Below are positions 27,201 to 39,200 of a DNA stretch of 64,000 bases, one piece after another. The stretch is from Leucoraja ocellata (taxonomy: Eukaryota). The stretch covers positions 11,036,001 through 11,100,000 of the forward strand of contig JAWMAR010000007.1 in assembly GCA_036785375.1 (NCBI GenBank), written 5' to 3'. The notes under the pieces are model-generated. The model was given only the letters and a program-made list of their open reading frames with translations, did no database searches and had not been told where the DNA came from. A program made the position numbers and the translations under genes. Positions within the stretch are counted from its first letter, which is position 1. Every line of letters starts with the position of its first letter.

Positions 27201-30200
27201 AGAGGGTTACAGAATAATGCCTGGATTAGAAGATTTTAGCTATAAGGAGAGGTTGGATTGTTTTTCTCTGGAACATCTGATGCTGAGGGGCGAACATAAT
27301 GTCAAATTCTGAGACATGTAGAAAGAGTAGTTAGTCTTTTTTCCTCAGGGTTTAGATGTCAAAAACTAAAGAGCATGGGTTAAGATGAGAGTAGGAATGT
27401 TTTTAACGGAGATTTAAGAAGTGCCATTTGTTCAGAATGGTTGGTGCCTGGAACGTGCAACCAGGGGAGGTGTGGAAGCTGACACGCTAGCAATGTTTAA
27501 AGAGCATTTATACATGTAAATATACATGGAATGGAAAGAGATCAAAACCATGTGCAGAGAGATACGATTAGTTTAATTTGGCATTATGGTCGGCACAGAC
27601 ATCGTGTGCCAAGGTTAAATCTTCAGTTCTAGTGGACTGGAGCTGTACCCCTTGAAGGGTCAAGTCTGCCCTCACCATTGCTACCCTGACAGACATTGTC
27701 CATAGACGGGTATAACAGGGTCAGAATTCCTGTTCTTAATAATACAGTCCTGAGATAAGGTATTCATTGCCCTTGCCCTCCGATGAATTTGTGGGAAGGT
27801 CCGGCTGTGATTCTGTCCTTAGATCCTCGCTGTTCTTCAAATGCTTGGGTATCATTTGAAAAAGGTTCTGAGTGTTCCGATTCAATCATGGACCAGTTTG
27901 CAGATGATGTGAAACTGAGTGGGAATGTGATGGCTCAAGGTTTGAAGAGAATATAACGACCAGCCAAGTTGGGAAACAACATGGGAATGTGAGAAAAAGC
28001 TGTCAAACTTCAATGCTCTTCCAGCGGTTACAGATTGGGGAATACCAATGTTCACAGATAACTCACTTTATGTATCAAACGTGTGGATTTCGGAAAACAA
28101 ATGTAATGTTGGCCTTTAATGCAAGAAGATATGAACTCGGGTATAAATGTATAGGTCCTTGGTCTCTATGCTATCAAAAGGACATGTGGGCATGGAGAGA
28201 ATGTTACCAGCAGTGAGTCCAGAACCAGAGAACACAGCCTCAGAATAAAAGGATGAACCTTTAGAATGGAGATGAGGAAGATTTTTTTTTTTTTAGCCAG
28301 AGACTGATGAATCAGTGGAATTCAATGCCACAGGCAAAAGTGGAGGTCTAGTCAGTGGAAAATTTATAGCGTAGATTGATAGATTCTTGATTAGGTCCTT
28401 AGATTTGTACAACAGCAACAAATGCTTGCATTCATGTATTAATTTATTATTATAGTCACTTCTACTGTGATACAGTGAAAATCTTTGTTTGTATGTTATT
28501 TGGTCAAATCTAATCATATCATACATGAGTACAATCAATCCATATACAAGTACAACAGGCAGTGTAAAGAGAAAAATACCAGAGTACATAATATTGTGTT
28601 TTAGACTTTGGTAGAGATACAGCGTGGAAACAGGTCCTTTGGCCCACCATGTCTGTGCAACCAGCGAGCACCCTGTATCATTAATTCTTATGTCTATCGT
28701 GTGTGGGAGGAAACCAGAGCACTCGGAGAAAACCTAAGTGGTTACAGGGAGAACTTACAAACTCCATACAGACAGCTCCCATAGTCAGGATCAAACCCGG
28801 GTCTCTGGCGCAGTAAGGCAGCAACTCTACCGCTGTGCCACTGAGCCATCCATAGTTCCTTCATTACAATGTTACAGCTCCAGAAAAAGTTCAGATAAAA
28901 AGAGAAAAAATGCATGGGTCGCACTGAAGTAAGTTGGAAGATCGGGACTACACCTTAGTTTGTGGGAGGGCCGTTCAGTAGTCTGGCAAAAGTGGGGGAA
29001 GAAGCTGTTCCTGAATCTGGTGGATTGCGTCTTTAAGCTAATGTATCTTCTGCCCAACGGGAGAGGGGAGAAGAGGGGATGACCGAGGTGAAAAATATCC
29101 TTGATTATGTTCACTGCTTTCCTAAGGCAGCGTGAAGTGCAGATGAAGTCAATAGTGGGAAGTGTGGTCTGTGTGATATACTCAACTACATTCACAACTC
29201 TCTGAAATGTCTTAGTCTTGGGGAGCTGTTTCCAAGCTGTGAAGCATCCTGACAGTATCCCGATCAGTCTGAAGAAGGGTCCCGACCCTATACGTCACCT
29301 ATCCACGTTCTCCAGGGATGCTGCCTGACTTGCTAAATTACTCCAGCACTTTGTCTTGCTTTCAATGGTGCATTTGTAGAAATTGGCTAGTGGGTTGGAG
29401 AAATGCCAAACTTTTTGTTAGTCTACTGAGCAAGCATGTGGCATGATTAATACAACAGAACATCCCGGGGTAAGGTAGGATTGGTACTGAATAGTGTTCA
29501 ACACTGGGACACAAGGAGGCCCACTGGGACACAGGGAGGCCCACTGGGACACAAGGAGGCCCACTGGGACACAGGGAGGCCCACTGGGACACAAGGAGGC
29601 CCACTGGGACACAGGGAGGCCCACTGGGACACAAGGAGGCCCACTGGGACACAGGGAGGCCCACTGGGACACAAGGAGGCCCACTGGGACACAGGGAGGC
29701 CCACTGGGACACAGGGAGGCCCACTGGGACACAAGGAGGCCCACTGGGACACAGGGAGGCCCACTGGGACACAGGGAGGCCCACTGGGACACAGGGAGGC
29801 CCACTGGGATACAGGAAGGCCCACTGAGACACAGGGAGGCCCACTGGGACACAGGAAGGCCCACTGAGACACAGGGAGCCCCACTGGGACACAGGGAGGC
29901 CCACTGGGACACAGGGAGGCCCACTGGGACACAAGGAGGCCCACTGGGACACAAGGAGGCCCTCTGGGACACAAGGAGGCCCACTGGGACACAGGGAGGC
30001 CCACTGGGACACAGGGAGGCCCACTGGGACACAGGGAGGCCCACTGGGACACAGGGAGGCCCACTGGGACACAGGGAGGCCCACTGGGACACAGGGAGGC
30101 CCACTGGGACACAGGGAGGCCCACTGGGACACACATTCTGCCCTTTGGTTTTATATTACACAGTTTTCTTCCTTCCTTATTTGATTCTACATCTGTCTTC

Positions 30201-33200
30201 ATTGTCTTCATTTTATCTCAATCCTTTGTAAAGTAAAGTATCCTTTATTGTCATTCAGACCTTCCGGTCTGAACAAAGTTTTGTGCCTTGCAGTCATACA
30301 TATAATAAAATAACAAAAACACACAATAAACCCAAATTTAACATCCACCACAGTGAGTCTACCAGGCACCTCCTCACTGTGATGGAAGGCAAAAGTCTTA
30401 AAGTCTTTGTCTCTTCCTTCCTTGTTCTCCCTCTGCGCTGAGGCGATCCAGGCTTCCCATGTTGTGACCCCGCGGGGTGATGGTAAGTCAGTTCCACGGC
30501 TGAATCCAAGCTCCGCGAACGGGCCGGCTCAAACTCCGCGGCCCGGGGTGGTTGAAACTGTCGCCCTCCAGTCCAGCAGACGAAACTGTTGTAGTGGGAG
30601 CTCTGGAAAAACAGATCACCAACCTGTGACCTGTGAGCTCCCGACGATGTTGTCCCCTGGGCCTGCGGCTGAGCCTCCGAAGTCGGGTCGCCGCCGGAAC
30701 GCCGCCACAGCTCCATCCATCTGCCACTCAACCCTTTTCTGAATCTACCAACATCTGTCAGTTTTTGCCACACCCGTTCCCCTTCAACTCTCCTTGCCAG
30801 CTTTCTCCCCTCTACTGCATCAATCTGATGAAGGATCGCGACCCAAAACATTATCTATCCATTTCTCTCCACCGCAGAGCCTGCGTGGCCCTATGAATTT
30901 CTCCAGCACTTTGTTTTTTACTGGGGAAAGTAGTTATGGACCAACTGCTATTGGGAAAGTTTGCATCAGGAAGTGAGAGTGATTTAATGATGAGAGGTTG
31001 TAAATTTAGTCTCGAAGGAAAAGGATTCATATGCAAAGTTTAAGGAACAGAAATTGGACAGGGCCTTTAAGGAAGATTATGAAAGAAAAGAACTTGAGCA
31101 GGGAATTAGTAGGCCCAGATGGGAGCATGATGGGCTCAGAGACCCATGAGCTGAGAGTAGAGAAGTGTGTTAAAGGAGGAAGAGTGGGAGAGGTATCTAG
31201 AGAGAATTCTCACGGAATACTTTCCTGTGTCTTTGACAGGTTCACAGCAGCGTGTGTGTTGTGTGGATGCCAGCACGGCCAATGGTCGGAAACCACAAGG
31301 ATCAGAGCCAGGTAATAGGAGAATCTGCCAAAACTTCCTTTCATATTGAGGCCATTCTTTGGAAAAGCAGAGCTCAAACCCACATTTAATAACTGGCCTT
31401 TCAATTGTCGCTACCACCTACCCTCCTTCCCTACCTCCAACAGCCTTCTAATTAGATCAGCAAAGACAATCCCTCTCAGAGCAGATCAGGTTGTGTGTTC
31501 AAGTGGAATATTAATACTTAAAAGACTCGCCTTAAGGCCCAGGGCTTGCACTAAGATTCCAGATTCCTCAGTCATGGGAATTAATCTACTCTGTCGAACC
31601 TACTGGAAGTATTTTGTATTGGACACCTGTCCTTAACTCTAAAGATTGAAGGTCCAACCTATTTAATCTCTTTGTCATCCCAATAACCAGCCTCATGAAC
31701 CTTTGCTGCTCAACCTGCAAAGTAAGTACAGATAGTACTGCTCAACATAGGTTTTGAAATCGCAAATTGGCTACAACACGATTGCTAAATTAGGTAATGC
31801 TATTATGCAGCTTGAATTGGTTATAAAATAATCTCTATCAGGAAGTAGAGATCCAGTTAAAAGTTACTTTGGAAAGCAGAAAAAAAGCTATCTGGGAAAA
31901 AACAACCTGGGGAGAAAAAAACATGTTCATGTAACCTCCCTGCAGTAAGCAGTCACCACTGTCTCTTATGAATACAGATCATCATGGGTGGCCAAGCAAT
32001 CATTTAAATTGACATGTGTGCAGTGATACTCTATTAAACAATGTAACATTGAGCCATCAGTATTTGTAGATTGCAGCTACAAAACTAAACTTGGAGCTAT
32101 AAAATAGATCTTTGTTTTTAAAAAAAACCAGTGGGAGAAATAACATTGTTATTGCAAGCCTCATAATCACCAGCCCCTTACCTCCTTTTTCTCATTGGCA
32201 CAATTATTTTCAGAATGTAATTTTTTACAATAAGATGTTCCTTAAGAATGCAGCATTCGTGGTATAGCGGAATTGCCTGTACATTGCTTTTTAGGGTAAG
32301 GAGACCAATATTATATCTAATACACCAGCTTTGGTTTTGAAAGGTCATTGTAATTTGGAATTGATCCTATTATTCCCAAAGTAACAATACCTGATCAATG
32401 TATCTCATAGATTTGCACAAATAACCTCATCTATGTAACCCTCCACCACGCCTGAGGATAGGGTTGGAAAGTTCTGCATTTTGCGATTACTCCAGGATTC
32501 CCTTCAGCTTTGACCCTGTGGGAGGGGATGGGGTGGACAGTTTGGGAGCTCTAATTTCTCCATTGAAATACGCATTGCTTTTTTGTGTCTTTGACAGGTT
32601 CACAGGAGCCTGAAGGGGATCCTATTTACAGTGTTGTTGATTTAAACACAGAGACAAGAAACAGGGCAGCCACCCAGGCAGTCCCAACTCCGAGAGAATT
32701 GGACAGGAATGTTGGTGAGTGCAGTGATGGTTATCATTTGAAATTTGCACAGAGGTAACCAGGAGGAAGAGATGCAGAAAGTAAAGGCCAGCTTTCACGA
32801 TCCAGCTCCTGCAGCAGAGTGGTTAAAAGTTGTAATTTTATGGATACAGCACGGAAATAGGCTGTTCTGCCCACTGAGTTCATGCCAACCATTGATCATA
32901 CTTTCACACTAATTCTATATCAACCCACTTTCTCATCATCTCCATGGATCTTAGGGGCGATTTAACCCGCATATCTATGAGGTGGTGGAGGAAACTGGAA
33001 CATCCGGAGGTAAGCCAAGCATTCATGGGGACGAGCACAGACTCCATACAGTCTGTATTGAACCCAGATCTCTGGTGCTGTGCTGTGGCGCTGCTGGCAG
33101 AGCTGCTGCCTCACAGCGCTTGAGACCCGTGTTCGATCCCAAACTTGGGTGATATCAGTGTGGAGTTTGCACATTTTACCTGCTGCGCCACTGTGCTGCC

Positions 33201-36200
33201 ACTGTCATTGAGGAAGGGAGCTCCTATTGATCTGAGAAACAAAGAGGGGATGTTTCTGAGGCAAGCTGGAGAAGGTAGAGATCCCAAGATTAGCAAAGTG
33301 GACCAGCTTACAGAAAATGGGAAAAGAGAACCTTCACACTGAAATGCCCCCGAGCTGGAGCCAGTGGAGGCCAATGGAGCGTTTTGTACAGATTAAAACT
33401 CACGTAAGAGGTGACAAGGCTGGAATGATTGAAGATAGGGACATGGGTTTCAGCAGCAGACGTGTTTGGAGTGGGACTGGGGGAACATGCAGTATCATGG
33501 ATGTAAAAATTAGAGGCATTAAAGTGAGAAAAAACTTGACTAAGCTCCCAAAGCATCTTTGCAGAATGGATTTGAGAAGATGTTTGCTCTTGTGAGCAAA
33601 CCTGGATTGAAGAGTTACTGTTCACAAGTAGGGGTCACCCATTTTAGGATGACTTGATTTCCGTTTCTTAGATCAACAGTCTTTGGAACTCTCTTCCTCA
33701 AAAGATTGAGTTTTTAATATTTTGGGCCAGAGATAGATGGAGAATATCTGGAAACAGAAATATCTGGAAACCCACAACAGGTCAGGCAACCTCTGTGAAA
33801 AGAGAAAGCACTAACATTCGTGCTGGACACACCTTCGTCAGACGTTTCATGCTCTTGAAGAGCACAGGGGTGAGCATTTAGCAGGTGGGATATCAGTCAT
33901 GATATCATTGAAAAGCAGAGCTGAGTGGTCGATTCTTGCTCTCAATTTGTATTCAAAGGTTACAAAGGTCTTTTATTGTCACATGTACCAATTAAGATAC
34001 AGTGTTTTGTGAATTACCATACAGCCATACAAGACACACAATTATATAAAAGTTAACATAAGCATCCACATCAGCAGGTTCCCTACATTCCTCACAATCA
34101 TCATCCTCTTTAAGAAATATATGAGTGAAACTTTCCCTTGCAACTGCAGGAGATGCAAACCTGTCCCTACATCTCCTCCCTTACATCCATCCAGGAACCC
34201 CCAGCAGTCCTTCCAGGTGAGACAGAGGTTAACCTGCACCTCCTCCAACTTCATCTACTGCACCTGATGTGGCCTCCTTTCCATTGGCGAGACCAAATAT
34301 AGCTTCGGCGACCGTTCCACTGAACACAAACTCTGTGTAACAAGACCTGTTGGATCTCTCTGTTGCTATATATTTTAACTCCCCTTCCCATTCCCATCCT
34401 AACCTCACTGTCCTGGGCCTCCTCCATTGTTAAAGTAATACCATACACAAACAGCACCTTATAGAAACATAGAAAATAGGTGCAGGTGTAAGCCATTTGG
34501 CCCTTCGAGCCTGCACCGCCATTCAATATGATCATGGCTGATCATCCAACTCAGTATCCTGTACCTGCCTTCTCTCCATACCCCCTGATCCCTTTAGCCA
34601 CAAGGGCCACATCTAACTCCCTCTTAAATATAGCCAATGAACTGGCCTCAACTACCTTCTGCGGCAGAGAATTCCAGAGATTCACCACTCTCTGTGTGAA
34701 AAATGTTTTCCTCATCTCGGTCCTAAAAGATTTCCCCCTTATCCTTAAACTATGACCCCTTGTTCTGGACTTCCCCAACATCGGGAACAATCTTCCTGCA
34801 TCTAGCCTGTCCAACCCCTTAAGAATTTTGTAAGTTTCTATAAGATCCCCTCTCAATCTCCTAAATTCTAGAGAGTATAAACCAAGTCTATCCAGTCTTT
34901 CTTCATATGAAAGTCCTGACATCCCGGGAATCAGTCTGGTGAACCTTCTCTGTACTCCCTCTATGGCAAGAATGTCTTTCCTCAATTAGGAGACCAAAAC
35001 TGTACGCAATACTCCAGGTTATATTCCGCTTGGTTTGTTTACAACCTAACGGTGTGAACATTGAATTTTTCAATGTTAGGTAACTAACCAGCAAAACCCA
35101 TCTACACTTCTCCCCACCCCCTTCCCACCGCACCTCTCTCTTCTCTGTGCCCCAACAGGACGAGCACCCATTTTAATGCTCCCCTCCCCTTTCACCCACA
35201 TTCATTCCTCTGGCTTCACAATTCACATGTATCCTTATCTCACACCTTCAGTCTTTCACCTCTGGCCGCTGTTCAACCCACCTGCCAATCAAATAACCCC
35301 CTCATGTGTAGGGAACAGTGAACACATGGTGAGCAGCAAAACAATGCCAGTCCCAAGATTCGTGCCTCCAGGGCCTTGTCAATATTCTATTTTACACCTG
35401 CAGGGAAGTAAAACTGCAGAAAAGGGAGTAGGGTGATAAGAAAGGGGAGATATTGGGCTGTCAGGGCTAGGGATGGGGGGGGAGAGAGACTGTTGGACAG
35501 TTACAGTTTAGTTTGGTGTCACGTGTACCGAGGTACAGTGAAAAGCTTTTTGTTGTGTGCCATCCAGTCAGCAGGAAGACAATACATGATTACAATCGAG
35601 CCATTTACAGTGTATCGATACATGATAAGGGAATAACATTTAGTGAAAGTAAAGCCAACAAAGTCCGATCAAGGACAGTCCGAGGGTCATCAAAAAGGGA
35701 GATAGTAGTTCAGGGGCTGGGATTGTGAGGTTAAGATAGCAAGGCGATGAATTTGTGCAGTAAATTTATGTCCTTTCCAGATCGCCTCTTAACCGGTACT
35801 CGAAAGAGGGAGCACATTACGCCAATTTTGGCCTCCCTTCACTGGCTCCCGGTGTACATTCGAGTTCATTTTAAAATTATTTTATTTGTTTTTAAATCGT
35901 TGAATGGGCTCGCCCTGCCTTACCTCTCTGAGCTGCTCCACCCATACGCTCCTGCCCGGTGCCTCAGGTCAGCTGATCAGCTGCTCCTTGAGGTACCAAG
36001 GTCTAAGCGGAAGCTCAGAGGGGATAGAGCCTTTTCTATTGCTGCTCCGGCACTCAGGAACACCTTGCCGTTGCACATCAGACAGGCCCCCTCACTGTCC
36101 ATCTCCAAATCCACCCTAAAAACTCATTTTTATTATCTGGCTTTCGACACTGGCTGAGACATTGCTCCTGTTTTTAGTGCTTTTAATGTCTTTTGATTTT

Positions 36201-39200
36201 TACTGTTTTATAGTCCTTTGTTTTACGGTTTTAATGGTTTGAAATAACTTCTTGTCCATGAGTTCTCATGTACAGCACTTTGTGGCAACTGCAGTTGTTT
36301 AAAGTGCTTTATAAATAAAGTTATTATTATTATTATTACTCTCCAGATGCCCTCATTTACAGCATTGTTCACATTCAAAGCCGTTCTCGAGTAGGAGTGG
36401 AGATAGGTAAGGAACAGTAAGCACACGGTGAGCTGTGAAACAACGTGGTGGTGTGGACGCCCCATGTAAAATAGTGTCCCCAACGGGCTGGGAGGCAAAC
36501 CCTTGATGTACTGACTAGAACCATCCACTGGTACTGACCATATACACTGGGCTTCCCAGCGAGCCTGTGATCCAGAGCTCTCCATATCCAACATTCAGGG
36601 CAGGTGCAGCAAAGGCCAGACATGGTGGAAGTAGTAACAAAGACCCAGGACATAGAGTTACTAGAGATCCTGGTGTTGTTTATTTTCCGCTTCCCACCAA
36701 CGGGCAGCCAAGCATTAGACCTGGAAGTACAATGCTGTCTATTCTGCAGTACGGTTCTGTACAGAAGCAGCGAGGGTTCTCTTGGGGCATGCAACGTATC
36801 ATAATGAGGGGTGAAGAACAGTCTTGGCAAAAGATGGACCACTATAGGAGGGGCAATCGGAACAGGCAAGAGACAGTGATTATCAAAGGTGGGGACTCAT
36901 GGAGTCATAGAGCACAGAGACAGGCTCTTTGGTCCAACTTGCTCAAGCCAACCAAAATGCCCATCCACACTAGTCCCAATTGCCTGCATTTGGCCCATAT
37001 CCCTATACACCTTTCCAAACCAAGTACCTGTCCCAATGTCGTTTAAATGGGAGTGGGTGGTTTGAGTGATAGAATACAGTGGGGGAGCGATGCTGGAATG
37101 CAATAACAATCTGTGTTCTTTTCAGATCCCCAGGAGTATCAGAATAACACTCTGTACAGCAATTTGCACATTCAAAGACCTCCCTGCAAAGAGGAGGAGA
37201 CTGGTAAGGACCACCGAATACACCGTGAGCGGCAAAATACACACATCTGCGAGGACACCCCTTTGGAACACATCAAACCCATTTCATACTGAGTGAGCCC
37301 AGCACCGATCCCTGTGATACACCACTAGTCACAGGCCTCCAGTCTGAAAAGCAACCCATCACCACCACCTTCCACCAAGCCAAATTCATATCCAATTGGC
37401 TCATTCACCCTAGACCTCATGTGATTTAATCTTCCAGAATGGTAAGCCATTTGAGAACTTGGCAAAGGCCATGTTAACGTTCATGCAGGCAATGTGTACC
37501 AGCTCTGCCCTCGTCAATAGACTCATCGAAAGCTCAGTCAAATTCACACACAAATTCCACACACAAAGCCATGCCCTCATTTACAGCATTGTTCACATTC
37601 AAAGCCGTTCTCGAGCTCTCCATATCCAACATTCAGGGGCAATCGGAACAGGCAAGAGACAGTGATTATCAAAGGTGGGGACTCATAGAGTCATAGAGCA
37701 CAGAGACAGGCTATTTGGTCCATCTTGCTCAAGCCAACCAAAATGCCCATCCACACTAGTCCCAATTGCCTGCATTTGGCCCATATCCCTATACACCTTT
37801 CCAAACCAAGTACCTGTCCCAATGTTGTTCAAATTGGAGTGGGTGGTTTGTGTGATAGAATATTGTGATAGAGGATTTCTTGGAATGTATGCGGGATAGT
37901 TATCTAAATCAACATGTAGAGGAACCAACGAGAGAGCAGGCTATTTTAGACTGGGTATTGAGTAATGAGGAAGGGTTAGTTAGCAATCTTGTTGTACGTG
38001 CCCCCTTGGGCAAGAGTGACCATAATATGGTTGAGTTCTTCATTAGGATGGAGAGTGACATTGTTAATTCAGAAACAATGGTTCTGAACTTAAAGAAAGG
38101 TAACTTTGAGGGTATGAGACGTGAATTGGCCAAGATTGACTGGCAATTAATTCTAAAAGGGTTGACGGTGGATATGCAATGGAAGACATTTAAAGACTGC
38201 ATGGATGAACTACAAAAATTGTTCATCCCAGTTTGGCAAAAGAATAAATCAGGGAAGGTAGTACATCCGTGGATAACAAGGGAAATCAGGGATAGTATCA
38301 AAGCGAAGGATGATGCGTACAAATTAGCCAGAAAAAGCAGCATACCGGAGGACTGGGAGAAATTCAGAGACCAGCAGAGGAGGACAAAGGGCTTAATTAG
38401 GAAAGGAAAAATAGATTATGAAAGAAAACTGGCAGGGAACATAAAAACTAACTGCAAACGTTTTTATAGATGTGTGAAAAGAAAGAGATTAGTTAAAACA
38501 AATGTAGGTCCCTTGCAGTCAGAAACAGGTGAGTTGATCATGGGGAACAAGGATATGGCGGACCAATTGAATAACTACTTTAGTTCCGTCTTCACTAAGG
38601 AAGACATAAATAATTTGCCGGAAATAGCAGGGGACCGCGGGTCAAAGGAGTTGGAGGAATTGAGTGAAATCCAGGTTAGCCGGGAAGTGGTGTTGGGTAA
38701 ATTGAATGGATTAAAGGCCGATAAATCCCCAGGGCCAGATAGTCTGCATCCCAGAGTGCTTACGGAAGTAGCTCCAGAAATAGTGGATGCATTAGTAATA
38801 ATCTTTCAAAACTCTTTAGATTCTGGAGTAGTTCCTGAGGATTGGCGGGTAGCAAATGTAACCCCACTTTTTAAGAAGGGAGGGAGAGAGAAAACGGGGA
38901 ATTACAGACCAGTTAGTCTAACATCGGTAGTGGGGAAACTGCTAGAGTCAGTTATTAAAGATGGGATAGCAGCACATTTGGAAAGTGGTGAAATCATTGG
39001 ACAAAGTCAGCATGGATTTACGAAAGGTAAATCATGTCTGACGAATCTTATAGAGTTTTTCCAGGATGTAACTAGTAGCGTGGATAGGGGAGAACCAGTG
39101 GATGTGGTGTATCTGGACTTCCAGAAGGCTTTCGACAAGGTCCCACACAAACCTAAAGTACACGGCATTGGGGGTTCAGTATTGATGTGGATAGAGAACT

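Noticed and set aside
27823-27848. Candidate small exon after the TM exon (TTAG|ATCCTCGC...TGG|GTATCA)
   Set aside because: The donor would be phase 0, breaking the phase-1 frame, and it is weak.
29362-30231. Long repetitive ORFs (128-256 aa) in several frames; CRISPR-like appearance
   Set aside because: By-product of a stop-free 20-bp minisatellite; no unique spacers, no cas genes, eukaryotic context.
37571-37615. Second LIYSIV copy (and third at 40808-40867) as functional exons
   Set aside because: The acceptor is removed by the duplication breakpoint and copy 2 also lacks the donor. Only a weak in-frame GAG (40779-40780) exists for copy 3.
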